Under the pieces are notes generated by a model. The model was not told where the DNA came from. It did not search any database and saw only the letters and a list, made by a program, of their open reading frames with translations. The position numbers and the translations under genes are program-made. A DNA stretch of 64,000 bases from Desulfobacterales bacterium (lineage in GTDB: Bacteria; Desulfobacterota; Desulfobacteria; Desulfobacterales; JAFDDL01), in the NCBI GenBank assembly GCA_040235505.1, contig JBECKW010000112.1, positions 3,625 through 67,624 of the forward strand, read 5' to 3'. How positions within the stretch are numbered: position 1 is the stretch's first letter; each line of letters starts with the position of its first letter. Positions 36,325-45,901 of this stretch are shown in pieces.

Positions 36325-37518
36325 ATGGATACGGCAGAATATATCGCCCTTGAAGAAACCTACGGTGCCCACAACTACCATCCTCTGGATGTCGTGTTGT
36401 CCCGTGGAGAGGGTGTATGGGTCTGGGACGTGAAAGGCCGGCGGTATCTGGACTGTTTGTCCGCCTATTCCGCGGTCAACCAGGGCCACTGCCACCCCCG
36501 CATCCTGAAAACCCTTGTGGAACAGGCCCAAAGGCTTACCCTCACCTCCCGGGCCTTTCGAAACGATCAGCTGGGTCTTTTCTATAAGGAACTCTGCGAA
36601 GCAACCCGCTCACACAAGGTACTGCCTATGAACAGCGGGGCGGAGGCCGTGGAAACCGCCATTAAAACCGTCCGGAAATGGGGTTACCAGACAAAAGGCA
36701 TCCCCGGGGACCGGGCGGAAATCATCGCGTGCGCCGGCAACTTTCACGGCCGCACCATCACCATCGTCGGTTTCAGCACCGAGGAGACTTCCCGTCGGGG
36801 CTTCGGCCCATTTACCCCCGGATTTAAAATCGTTCCCTTCGGCGACGCCGATGCCTTTGAGGCGGCCGTCACTCCCAATACGGTCGGCTTTCTGGTGGAA
36901 CCGATCCAGGGGGAAGCGGGGGTCATCATCCCCCCCGACGATTATCTTTCGAAGGTCAAAACCGTTTGCCGCCAACGGGGAATCCTGCTGATCCTGGATG
37001 AAATCCAGACCGGTCTCGGCCGGACCGGCAAACTTCTCGCCGAGGAACACAGCGGCATCGAGGCGGACCTCACCCTGGTGGGGAAAGCACTTTCCGGAGG
37101 ATTCTATCCCGTCTCCGCGGTGCTCTCGAACAGCGAAGTCATGGACGTGCTCAAACCCGGAGAACATGGCAGCACCTTTGGCGGAAACCCCCTTGCCTGC
37201 GCCGTGGCCCGGACCGCCCTGAAGGTGCTGCTGGAGGAGGGCATGATCGAAAACGCACGGGAAACCGGCGCTTATTTTCTCGACAGCCTGCGACAGATCG
37301 CCACCCCCGAAGTGCGGGAGGTCCGGGGCAAGGGCCTCATGATCGCCATGGAATTTCACCCGGAAGTCGGGGGTGCCCGGCGGATCTGCGAAAAGCTGAT
37401 GGGACGGGGCCTCCTGTGCAAGGAAACCCACGAACACATCCTCCGGTTCGCCCCGCCGCTGATCGTCGACCGGGAAACGGTGGACTGGGCCGTTGAACGA
37501 ATCAGTGAGGTCATATGA
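36325..37518 (+). CDS. rocD: Ornithine--oxo-acid aminotransferase
   Basis: [48 protein letters not shown] and class-III PLP fold strings. Start placed at the ATG after ACGGAGG. An alternative ATG at 36292 overlaps the putA stop (ATGA). Confidence 0.9.
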   Translation: MDTAEYIALEETYGAHNYHPLDVVLSRGEGVWVWDVKGRRYLDCLSAYSAVNQGHCHPRILKTLVEQAQRLTLTSRAFRNDQLGLFYKELCEATRSHKVLPMNSGAEAVETAIKTVRKWGYQTKGIPGDRAEIIACAGNFHGRTITIVGFSTEETSRRGFGPFTPGFKIVPFGDADAFEAAVTPNTVGFLVEPIQGEAGVIIPPDDYLSKVKTVCRQRGILLILDEIQTGLGRTGKLLAEEHSGIEADLTLVGKALSGGFYPVSAVLSNSEVMDVLKPGEHGSTFGGNPLACAVARTALKVLLEEGMIENARETGAYFLDSLRQIATPEVREVRGKGLMIAMEFHPEVGGARRICEKLMGRGLLCKETHEHILRFAPPLIVDRETVDWAVERISEVI

Positions 37519-38837
37519 TCGAAAACGTTATCATCATGGGTGCGGCCGGACGCGATTTTCACAACTTCAACGTCTATTTCCGGGGGAATCCACGGTACCG
37601 CGTCATCGGCTTTACCGCCACCCAGATCCCGAACATCGACGGCCGGCGCTACCCGTCCGCCCTGGCGGGCCCGGATTATCCCGAGGGCATTCCAATTTTT
37701 CCAGATGCCCGCCTGGCGGATCTCATCCGAGAACACCGGGTAGACCTCGTGGCTTTCTCCTACAGCGACGTATCGCACGAGGAAGTCATGCACAAAGCCG
37801 CCATTGTGACCGCGGCGGGGGCGGATTTCCTCATGATCGGGGCATCCTACACCATGCTGGCCTCTCGAAAAACAGTGGTCTCCGTCTGCGCGGTCCGAAC
37901 CGGATGCGGGAAATCCCAAACCAGCCGGGAGGTGGTCCGGATCCTGAAGGCGATGGGGAAAAGGGTGGTCCTGGTCCGGCATCCCATGCCTTACGGCGAT
38001 CTGGCCCGCCAGGTGGTTCAGCGCTTCGCCGTCCCGGAGGACCTCGACCGGCACCAGTGCACCATCGAGGAGCGGGAAGAGTACGAGCCGATCATCTCCA
38101 TGGGCGCCGTGGTCTATGCCGGGGTGGACTATGAGAAGATCCTGATGCAGGCCGAGGCGGAGGCCGATGTCGTGGTCTGGGACGGCGGTAACAACGATAC
38201 CCCCTTTTTCAAACCGGACGTGGCCATCGTCGTCTTCGATCCCCATCGGGCCGGGCATGAAACCGCCTATCACCCCGGCGAAACCAATATGCTCATGGCC
38301 GATATCGCCGTCATCAACAAGGTAGACAGTGCCGATGCGGACAAGGTGGACCGGGTCCGCCAGACCATCGGCCGCCACAACCCCGCCGCGGACATCATCC
38401 TGGCCGATTCGAAAATTACCGCGGATAATCCCGGACAAATCCGGGGCAAACGGGTGCTCGTTATCGAGGACGGCCCCACCCTGACCCATGGCGGGATGGC
38501 CTTTGGGGCCGGCACCTTAGCCGCCCGAAGGTTTCTTGCCGCCGAAGCCGTCGACCCCCGGCCGTATCTGAAGGGGAGCCTGAAAAAAACCTTTGCCGCC
38601 TACCCGGCGATCGGCCGGCTGCTTCCGGCCATGGGATACAACCCCCGACAGATCGAGGACCTGGAGGCCACCATCAATTCCACCGACTGCGACCTGGTGC
38701 TCGCCGCCACCCCCATTGATCTCACCCGGGTCGTGCGTGTTGAAAAACCGATCATTCGAATCCGGTACGAATACAAAGACCATGGTTCGCCCGCCCTGGC
38801 CGCCGTACTCCGGAAAAGATTGGAAACGACACCGTGA
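37515..38837 (+). CDS. COG2403-like P-loop protein (predicted GTPase / cyclic-2,3-diphosphoglycerate-synthetase-like), function unknown
   Basis: 440 aa. N-terminus [19 protein letters not shown]. Walker [15 protein letters not shown] overlap with rocD and GTGA overlap with arcC. Confidence 0.65.
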   Translation: MIENVIIMGAAGRDFHNFNVYFRGNPRYRVIGFTATQIPNIDGRRYPSALAGPDYPEGIPIFPDARLADLIREHRVDLVAFSYSDVSHEEVMHKAAIVTAAGADFLMIGASYTMLASRKTVVSVCAVRTGCGKSQTSREVVRILKAMGKRVVLVRHPMPYGDLARQVVQRFAVPEDLDRHQCTIEEREEYEPIISMGAVVYAGVDYEKILMQAEAEADVVVWDGGNNDTPFFKPDVAIVVFDPHRAGHETAYHPGETNMLMADIAVINKVDSADADKVDRVRQTIGRHNPAADIILADSKITADNPGQIRGKRVLVIEDGPTLTHGGMAFGAGTLAARRFLAAEAVDPRPYLKGSLKKTFAAYPAIGRLLPAMGYNPRQIEDLEATINSTDCDLVLAATPIDLTRVVRVEKPIIRIRYEYKDHGSPALAAVLRKRLETTP

Positions 38838-39766
38838 ACCGGGTCCCCAAACCGATTCTGCTGGTGGCCCTGGGGGGAAACGCCCTGATCCGGAAGGGTC
38901 AGCGGGGCACCCTCCGGGAGCAGCTCGATAATCTGAAGCTGCCCATGAAACAGATTGCCCGGCTTTCCCGAAGCTACCGGATCATCCTCACCCACGGAAA
39001 CGGCCCCCAGGTGGGCAATCTCCTGCTCCAGCAGGAATGCTGCCCCGACATTCCCCGCCTTCCCCTGGAAATCCTGGTCGCCCAGACCGAAGGCCAGATC
39101 GGTTACATGATCGAATCCACCCTGGACAGCGAATTGATGGCCATCGGTATCGATCACAAGCCCCTGATAAGTTTAATCACATACGTTGTGGTGGATAGGG
39201 ACGACCCCTCATTTAAAACCCCCTCCAAGCCCATCGGTCCCGTGTACCCTGAAGAAAAAATCGCGGGTCTTCCGTTTCCGGTGACCCGAACCGCCAAAGG
39301 CTTCCGTCGGGTGGTGGCCTCCCCCGAGCCGGTGACCATCATTGAAAAACGGGAAATCCAGAAGCTGATCGATGCGGATTTCATCGTTGTCTGTTGCGGG
39401 GGCGGCGGAATCCCCGTAATTCGGAAAGGACGGGCCTTCAACGGAGTGGATGCAGTGATCGACAAGGACCTTGCCGGCGGCAAGCTGGCGGCGGAAGTGG
39501 GGGTGGATATCTTCTGTATCGCCACGGATGTAAAGGGAGTGGCGCTGAATTACGGCACCGGAAACGAGCGGTTTTTAGAAGGGTTGACGGTGCCTGAGGC
39601 CGCCCGGTTTGCCGCCGAGGGCCATTTCCCCCCGGGCTCCATGGGGCCCAAGGTAACCGCGGCCACCCGCTTTTGCGCCGCCACCGGGCGCCGGGCCGTC
39701 ATCACCGCCATCGATGCCATAGAAGCGGCAGTGGCGGGACGGAAGGGAACTACGATCCTGCCGTAA
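38834..39766 (+). CDS. arcC: Carbamate kinase
   Basis: 310 aa. LVALGGNALIRKG...ILTHGNGPQVGNLLLQ and VVCCGGGGIPV motifs. GTG start. Confidence 0.9.
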   Translation: MNRVPKPILLVALGGNALIRKGQRGTLREQLDNLKLPMKQIARLSRSYRIILTHGNGPQVGNLLLQQECCPDIPRLPLEILVAQTEGQIGYMIESTLDSELMAIGIDHKPLISLITYVVVDRDDPSFKTPSKPIGPVYPEEKIAGLPFPVTRTAKGFRRVVASPEPVTIIEKREIQKLIDADFIVVCCGGGGIPVIRKGRAFNGVDAVIDKDLAGGKLAAEVGVDIFCIATDVKGVALNYGTGNERFLEGLTVPEAARFAAEGHFPPGSMGPKVTAATRFCAATGRRAVITAIDAIEAAVAGRKGTTILP

Positions 39767-39771
39767 GCCTG

Positions 39772-39860
39772 ATCCGACGACGTCGGATGCTGGGAGGCCG
39801 GGAGGCTTGGACGCTGGAAGGCAGAGAGGTCCCGACGCCGGGATCTTCGACTGGGAGGCA
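39772..39860. repeat. 17-nt palindrome followed by a degenerate 8-nt-period array (CNGGGAGG words)
   Basis: ATCCGACGaCGTCGGAT, then CTGGGAGG CCGGGAGG CTTGGACG CTGGAAGG CAGAGAGG ... GACTGGGAGGC. Confidence 0.6.
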
Positions 39861-39919
39861 AAGAGCTTTTTAACGATGCGCTTTTTTTGTGTGTTTCCGA
39901 ACAGGATTAAAAGGGCGAC

Positions 39920-40924
39920 ATGATGCATGACCCCGTAAAAAAGGGAATCATCGGCACTTTCATCTTCTTATTGGGGATGCAGGCTGTAAGCCTTGCGGCC
40001 GGCCTGGGCCCCTTGCAGACGGAGAACCGCTTTACCCCCCACCTGATGTTCCTGACGCCTGTGCCCACCGCACCGATGGACCTGTCCGGAAGCCGGCTGC
40101 AGGGCGCCTTGACGGTTAATTACAGCAGCCTGTTTGTCAACGAGGAATCGGCGCACTGGTCGGCCCTGATCGACATGGAGATGACAATCCTCGAGGGCTC
40201 CCTCGAATATCGTTTGAACCGGCGAGTCCGGGTGGGAATCCGTCTCCCGCTTGTCAGCATGAACAGCGGATTTATGGACAGTTTTTTAGAAAATTACCAC
40301 CATTCCCTGGGAGTGCCCGACTACGGGCGTGAAACCCGGCCGAAAAACGAATTTGCCTATCGGCTGCAAAAAAACGGTCTTGACTGGATATCCTCCCGTT
40401 CCGGCGGTCTGCATCTTGCCGACAGCAGCATTGATCTGAGGGTGGCGCTTCTGCGCAACGAGGGGGAATTGCCGCTGAGTGCCGATCTGCAGTATGTTCT
40501 CAAGCTCCCCCTCGGCAACGCCGAGCAGGGATTCGGCAGCGGAAAGATCGACCAGGGATTTTTTATACCCATGCAGCTGGATTTCTCATCCTGGGATATC
40601 TACCTGATGCCGGGAATCATCCTGCCGGCAAAACCCGATACCCTGGGGGCCGATGTCCATGTCAATACGATGGGCAGCGCATTCCTGGGGATTGACTATG
40701 CACTTTCCCCCCGGTGGTCGGCGGCGGCGCAGATCAACTACTATTCCTCGCCCCTTGAAACGACCGGTATTCGGCCACTGGACCAGGGGAGTTTCGAACT
40801 CGCACTGGGGGCCGTGCGACAGATGACGGCCGGAACCGCTCTGGAGGTCGCGTTCTGCGAAGACCTTTCACGCAGCGCCCCCGATTTTTCGCTCCAGGTA
40901 GGCCTGCGGTTCAACGCCTTTTAG
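39920..40924 (+). CDS. Putative outer-membrane beta-barrel protein (possibly DUF3187-like)
   Basis: 334 aa. Signal peptide. Alternating-hydrophobicity strands. C-terminus ...LQVGLRFNAF ends in Phe, as in an OMP beta-signal. Confidence 0.5.
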   Translation: MMHDPVKKGIIGTFIFLLGMQAVSLAAGLGPLQTENRFTPHLMFLTPVPTAPMDLSGSRLQGALTVNYSSLFVNEESAHWSALIDMEMTILEGSLEYRLNRRVRVGIRLPLVSMNSGFMDSFLENYHHSLGVPDYGRETRPKNEFAYRLQKNGLDWISSRSGGLHLADSSIDLRVALLRNEGELPLSADLQYVLKLPLGNAEQGFGSGKIDQGFFIPMQLDFSSWDIYLMPGIILPAKPDTLGADVHVNTMGSAFLGIDYALSPRWSAAAQINYYSSPLETTGIRPLDQGSFELALGAVRQMTAGTALEVAFCEDLSRSAPDFSLQVGLRFNAF

Positions 40925-41361
40925 GAACCACGGAGCATTCTCTCAAGATCTGATATCCGGACCCTTACAATCTCCGGCAGTGTGGTTTTGACCTGGTTTC
41001 GATAGTCAAAGGCAACCACCTCCGCCTCTCCCAATGCAGCGATTTTTTGGTACTTGCTGCTGGCAATGGCGTACTTCATGAAAAACCGGTCCTTTTCCAT
41101 GCGATCGGCTCTTGCCCCCACCCGTATCAGGTCCGGAAATGTCAGCGGGATTTTGTATCGACACCGTGTGGAGGCCAGGATGGGGCCGACTCCGGAAGTG
41201 TTCACGGTCGCCAGAAAATCGATTTTTTCAAGATACACCACCCGGACACTCTCGAAATACCTGAAATATACCATGTTATTGACGTGCTGAAGCGCGTCCA
41301 TTTCTCCCCAGGCGATCTGAATGTCGATAAACACCGGATATTCGTTTAGCAGATCGTTCAT
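40921..41361 (-). CDS. Acyl-CoA thioesterase (4HBT/YbgC-like hotdog fold)
   Basis: IQIAWGEMDALQHVNNMVYFRYFE motif. Start set at MNDLLNEYP after AAGGAA. The track ORF N-extension (to 41394) runs into a heptad array. Confidence 0.8.
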   Translation of the reverse strand: MNDLLNEYPVFIDIQIAWGEMDALQHVNNMVYFRYFESVRVVYLEKIDFLATVNTSGVGPILASTRCRYKIPLTFPDLIRVGARADRMEKDRFFMKYAIASSKYQKIAALGEAEVVAFDYRNQVKTTLPEIVRVRISDLERMLRGS

Positions 41362-41393
41362 ACTTTTCCTTGATTTGGATAAGGAGGTTGCCA

Positions 41394-41435
41394 TAGGCGA
41401 TAGGCCATGGGCTATAGGCTATGGGTGTAGGTTTA
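41394..41435. repeat. Unpaired degenerate heptad array (ATAGGCN x6)
   Basis: ATAGGCG ATAGGCC ATGGGCT ATAGGCT ATGGGTG TAGGTTT. Confidence 0.7.
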
Positions 41436-41499
41436 CAGCTAAACAACCTTTCTCAGGGATGTAGAGGCCAAGTCAAGGTTTATTTGTATCCATAGAAAT

Positions 41500-41731
41500 G
41501 AACGTCCAACGTTCAACATCCAATGTGGACTTTATATCGTTTGAGAATCCCTCGCCTCCGCTTGAAATATAGTTGAACTGCAGGCGACAACGAAATAAGC
41601 CTCTGAATACCTCAACCGGCCCTATCCTGCTTTTAATGTCGAACCCTTAATCCCGGCGTCGAGATTTCCTTTAAATCAGACCCCATCCTTTCATTGGATG
41701 TTGGATGTTCGACGTTGAACGTTGGACGTTC
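41500..41731. repeat. Heptad-armed inverted-repeat element, copy 2 (same family as 24989-25156, opposite orientation)
   Basis: Left arm GAACGTCCAACGTTCAACATCCAAT. Right arm ATTGGATGTTGGATGTTCGACGTTGAACGTTGGACGTTC. Core ends GGACTTTATATCGTTTGAGAATCCCTCGCCTCC and CAGACCCCATCCTTTC resemble the reverse complement of copy 1 (GGATTTATATCCATTTGATACCCCCGCTCC ... CAGATGCCCATCCTTCC). Confidence 0.8.
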
Positions 41732-41779
41732 GTCTGTTATTTTATGGGTAATATCAATTGCGCAAAGGAATTTTTTTTC

Positions 41780-42844
41780 ATGACCTCATGTTTTCCATCA
41801 AACGAATACGACTTTGAAACCGGCGTTTACCGTCCGCCCAGTGAGGGCGGCAGCGATTCCCTGCTGCTGAGGCTTACGCGAAACTGTCCATGGAACCACT
41901 GCACATTTTGCGGCATGTACAAAGAAGAAAAATTTCAGCTTCGCGGCGTGGACGAAATTAAACGCGATATTGATGCCATATCCGCCATCCGGGATGATCT
42001 CCGAAGTATCTCTTTGGAAATGGGCTATGCCGGAGACATTACCCCGGAGACGGCGTATGCCTTGATTCAGAAAAAGCCTGAACTCAACTACCACCAGGGA
42101 TTCGCCATGGTGTTCCACTGGCTCCAATCCGGCGCCCGGACGGCTTTTTTACAGGACGCCGACAGCCTGATCATGAAAAGCGAGCAGATGACAGCGATCC
42201 TTGAATACCTTCGGGCGACCTTTCCAACCCTTGAACGCGTCACCACCTATGCCCGGTCCAAAACCCTGGCCCGCAAACCTTTGGACGAGCTCAAAGCCAT
42301 TCACCGGGCGGGCCTCGACCGGGTCCATGTGGGACTGGAGAGTGGAGATGATTTCGTTTTGAAAAAAATCAAAAAGGGCGCCACCGGCGAAATCCATATT
42401 CAAGGGGGGCGAAAAGCCAAGGAGGCGGGCTTTCAACTCTCGGAATACTGGATGCCCGGATTGGGCGGCAAGGCGCTCTGGGAGTCCCACGCCGTCAATA
42501 CCGCAAAGGTTCTCAGCGCCATCGATCCCGATTATATCCGCTCCAGGCCTCTTCATATCTGGGCCGGCACGCCACTCCAAAACGAATTTTCAGGCGGTGA
42601 ATTCGAAACGCAGTCCGGAAGGGAGCACCTGTATGAGCTGAAGGTGACCATCGAACACCTGGACGTCACCTCGAGGGTGTGTTTCGACCATGCGGGCAAC
42701 TACTGGAAAAATCGTTCGGGGGGCCACCTGCTCTCCATGCGCTACGAGGGGTATAAATTCCCCGAAGAAAAGCAAAGTGTTTTGAAGCTGATCGAAGATG
42801 GGCTGGAGTTCAACAAAACCCGACCGAATTTCATGCGTATGTAG
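41780..42844 (+). CDS. Radical SAM protein with CX4CX2C cluster motif
   Basis: MTSCFPSNEYDFETGVYRPPSEGG...RLTRNCPWNHCTFCGMY. Start placed after the repeat element; the track ORF begins at 41705 inside the heptad arm. Confidence 0.8.
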   Translation: MTSCFPSNEYDFETGVYRPPSEGGSDSLLLRLTRNCPWNHCTFCGMYKEEKFQLRGVDEIKRDIDAISAIRDDLRSISLEMGYAGDITPETAYALIQKKPELNYHQGFAMVFHWLQSGARTAFLQDADSLIMKSEQMTAILEYLRATFPTLERVTTYARSKTLARKPLDELKAIHRAGLDRVHVGLESGDDFVLKKIKKGATGEIHIQGGRKAKEAGFQLSEYWMPGLGGKALWESHAVNTAKVLSAIDPDYIRSRPLHIWAGTPLQNEFSGGEFETQSGREHLYELKVTIEHLDVTSRVCFDHAGNYWKNRSGGHLLSMRYEGYKFPEEKQSVLKLIEDGLEFNKTRPNFMRM

Positions 42845-42914
42845 AGAACCGGCAGCCACGGATAGTTTCTATCTGACCCGGAAAGATAGTACATGGCATA
42901 GAAGCATCAAAGCG

Positions 42915-43220
42915 CTATCTTCTTCCGCCCAGCATAAACAGGCTGGTTTCGCGTCTCCAGACGGAGTGGTGAATCCGGCCTTCTTCAGAAAAAACATCCG
43001 CCAACCGGGCGCCGAGAGAACTTTTTCCGTTTTCGGGAATTTCGCCCTGCCACGTCAGTCGGATACAAAAACCGTTGGCAGCATCATGACTGCACAGCAA
43101 GGCAATATCCGCAAGGTCCTTTTCGGGTGCAAGGGGCGACAACTTATAGAATTTAGAAATGACCTGTGTTTTATCAACAGGGATATCCGCATTAATCGTT
43201 ATCATTTCAGTCCAGGTCAT
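42915..43220 (-). CDS. Hypothetical protein (101 aa)
   Basis: ORF with GAGG 6 nt upstream of the ATG. No motif recognised. Confidence 0.4.
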   Translation of the reverse strand: MTWTEMITINADIPVDKTQVISKFYKLSPLAPEKDLADIALLCSHDAANGFCIRLTWQGEIPENGKSSLGARLADVFSEEGRIHHSVWRRETSLFMLGGRR

Positions 43221-43329
43221 ATCCGCCTCAATTTATGGTTTTGCAATAGCACGGTTCAAATAACTGTCTTTTCTTATCGACCATTTTTCGGATTCTTTGA
43301 GTTTTTTTGGTGAACGGCCATCATGTGCC

Positions 43330-43689
43330 CTAAATTTTTTCCGGACCTTCCGGATCATCGCCGAAAAAACATCCGTTCATTTTCCTGTGAAACGGGGGAT
43401 GGTTTCCGTTTTTATGATGACCGAATCCACCGAACAGAAGACGTGACAAAATGATCAGCCCCACCGCCTGCCAGTAAGATATCAGCGGCAGATCGAACAG
43501 TGGGGAAAGCGTCACTGCCCAGAGCCACTTCACCAGGAACCCGAAGATCAGGGCAAAAAAGCACGCCAAAGAAAGACCGGCAACCACCCATCCGATAATC
43601 CGAAAGATCTTCGATGGGGTCATCTTTCCAAAATGGCGCGAGCAGCGGTTGTTGTTTTCATTGGCCTGGATCGACTCCGTGCTGTTCAT
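43330..43689 (-). CDS. Small membrane protein, possibly the partner (anti-sigma-like) of the upstream decayed sigma gene
   Basis: 119 aa with two TM helices (IIGWVVAGLSLACFFALIFGFLV; AVGLIILSRLLFGGFG). Starts 6 nt after the sigma remnant stop. Confidence 0.55.
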   Translation of the reverse strand: MNSTESIQANENNNRCSRHFGKMTPSKIFRIIGWVVAGLSLACFFALIFGFLVKWLWAVTLSPLFDLPLISYWQAVGLIILSRLLFGGFGHHKNGNHPPFHRKMNGCFFGDDPEGPEKI

Positions 43690-43694
43690 GAGTA

Positions 43695-43995
43695 TTACTC
43701 CCTTTCAGGTTGTTCTTGTTGGATACGCCTCCGCATTTTCGCGATGGCGCGTGATTTCCGGGACAACAGGGTATTAATGGGGACATTCCAAATTTTCGCC
43801 AGATCACTGAATGTCTGTCCTTTTACTTCCGTCGCGATAATCAATATCGAACAGGTGAACCGCCACATCATGGATGAAATCTTCCGCATCCTGAGCGGCC
43901 ATATCATCGACGCGTCGTCTTACAAACCCCAGCAGTTTCCGGTATTCAGTCCGGAAAAACTCCGCCAGGCGTCCTTTTTCGCTATCTGAAGCCAT
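43695..43995 (-). pseudogene. ECF-type sigma-70 family sigma factor remnant (internal deletion plus frameshift)
   Basis: Frame A (43804..43995) encodes a region-2.1/2.2-like segment, FFRTEYRKLLGFVRRRV..AEDFIHDVAVHLF. Frame B (43695..43907) encodes a region-4.2 HTH, IIATEVKGQTFSDLAKIWNVPINTLLSRKSRAIAKMRRRI. The two are in different frames and total about 100 aa, with regions 2.3/2.4 missing. Confidence 0.6.
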
Positions 43996-45050
43996 CTATC
44001 GCCGCCGCTGATAAATATCGCCGTTTAATTGCCGGTTCTGAATGAACACCGTCATGATCCCCGGGATGTTTTTGTTTGTAATGCCAAGACGTGTCTGTGG
44101 ATTGATTTATTGCATGCCTTCAAAAAAACTGACGCTTCTCGAATGGGAAATAGTCGCCCCGAATGAACCGAATTCACCTGATGATCATTTTCCTGTTGCC
44201 AATCCCGCTATTATGGATTATATATATAACAGTTCTGGTGTGAAAAGCTCGTCAAAATGGAATTCAGCATTTCTCCTTCGTAACGCTGCATTCACCATCG
44301 ACATTGCCATTTCTGATTACATTTTGCCAGTGTAACATTATCCATGGCAGAGACATGGGCGAATACATCAAGCAGCATGGGCGGCAGGTTCCTCGGTCGG
44401 AATTAAATCACCAAACGCCGGGCTCAACGGAAGACCCCTGAGTGGGACTCACTTTAGTTTTCCCGAAAAACAGCCAAGTAAAAAAAATATGCGGCCTCCC
44501 AGAATTGCGGGGCTATTTATCAAACGGAACACTTGTGGTTCCGGCATCGTAGAACAAAAAACAATCACTACAAACGAAAGTATAAACAGAAAAATGGAAG
44601 AGAAAAAATTAAAAGAAATTGAAGCCAGGTTGAACCAGCTTCTCAAAGAAAACGAAAAATCTCAGAAACCGGAAACCCGCTCCTCCCCCGTCAACCTCCA
44701 GGGCGTCGAGGTGATCCGGCGTCGCAAAGGCCATAGGGATCTTCATATCGCCTGATTATGGAAAACCAGGGTGGCGAAATTCGTCGCCCTGTTGACCCGC
44801 CGACGCTCCCAGCGCAGCTTTTTTCATATAATCCAAGCCCTTAGCCGCTTCCGTATAGGATTTTTGCTTTTTGTATCCTTACCATCCGATGGATAACCAT
44901 CCGTCAGGTTTGATGCACGAAGTGTAATTCGCTCGGACGCTGAATAAGATTCATTAAATTTATACTTGATTAATGTGTAGATTTATATATATTTGTTCAA
45001 TCTCAGGATAATTAAAAGAATCTATTCGGCATCTTGAATTGGAGGCATCC

Positions 45051-45290
45051 ATGGCTCGCCCCACAGATCTTACAGGCAAACATCTGCAGCCCTTTTCCCG
45101 GCAGAATGTCACACCAGGTGCCATCCTCATATCCCTGGGAGATCGACCCCGGAAAAAAACGGCTGAAATTTTAACAGGTTTGGGTATCCATAAAGATTAT
45201 ATCGACGATGCCCTCAAGGGCAAGCCGTATGGGGCAAAAGTCATTGATCTGGAGGAATACAGGTGGATGCGGCTGTTTGACGAATTGTAA
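45051..45290 (+). CDS. Hypothetical protein (79 aa) in AT-rich island
   Basis: ATG 5 nt after GGAGG. MARPTDLTGKHLQPFSRQNVTPGAILISLG... No motif recognised. Confidence 0.4.
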   Translation: MARPTDLTGKHLQPFSRQNVTPGAILISLGDRPRKKTAEILTGLGIHKDYIDDALKGKPYGAKVIDLEEYRWMRLFDEL

Positions 45291-45536
45291 TCCTGACCCG
45301 GCCTGTCTCCCGGACATTTTACTTCCGGACCCGCAATATTCTTGCGTCTGCTGCATTTCTCCAAACGCTTTCCCGGTTTTTACAAATTAGACGATATCCC
45401 TTCACACACACCGATTTTTTATTGTCAAACGCCTCATTTCTTCGATTTCCGTTTGACATTCCACCCTGTTACAGATGATATTAGAAACAGTAAAAATCCG
45501 GAAACCGAAACCCCAAAACCAGGAAATGGATCAGGT

Positions 45537-45896
45537 ATGGACGAAACTGATGATATTGCCAAGTATAAAGATGAGTTGATGTCCTTTAACGCCGGCGAGT
45601 TTATCTTTCAAAAGGATGAAGAAGGCCATGTCATGTATATGGTTGTCAAGGGAGAGGTCGAAATCCTCATTCACCACAAGGTGGTTGAGAAAGTATTGCC
45701 CGGCGGGGTGATCGGTGAAATGGCCCTCCTGGATATGGGCCCCAGAAGCGCAACCGCCATTGCCAAAACCGATTGTCTGCTTCTGGCCATTGACCGGAAC
45801 CGTTTTCAACTGCAGGTCAAAAAATCTCCCAGTTTTTCCCTGCAGGTCATGCGGATTATGGCCGAACGCCTGCGGCGGCTTGATCAATTCATTTAA
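45537..45896 (+). CDS. Stand-alone cyclic-nucleotide-binding domain protein
   Basis: 119 aa from an internal Met. FNAGEFIFQKDEEGHVMYMVVKGEVEI...GGVIGEMALLDMGPRSATAIAKTDC is the cNMP-binding beta-roll with the PBC-like GEMAL..RSAT motif. Confidence 0.75.
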   Translation: MDETDDIAKYKDELMSFNAGEFIFQKDEEGHVMYMVVKGEVEILIHHKVVEKVLPGGVIGEMALLDMGPRSATAIAKTDCLLLAIDRNRFQLQVKKSPSFSLQVMRIMAERLRRLDQFI

Positions 45897-45901
45897 CGAC
45901 A

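Noticed and set aside
44042-44335. 97-aa plus-strand ORF, and the 65-aa minus-strand ORF at 44449..44646, in the AT-rich island
   Set aside because: They have no RBS, odd composition and no motifs. 44449..44646 is antisense to another weak ORF.
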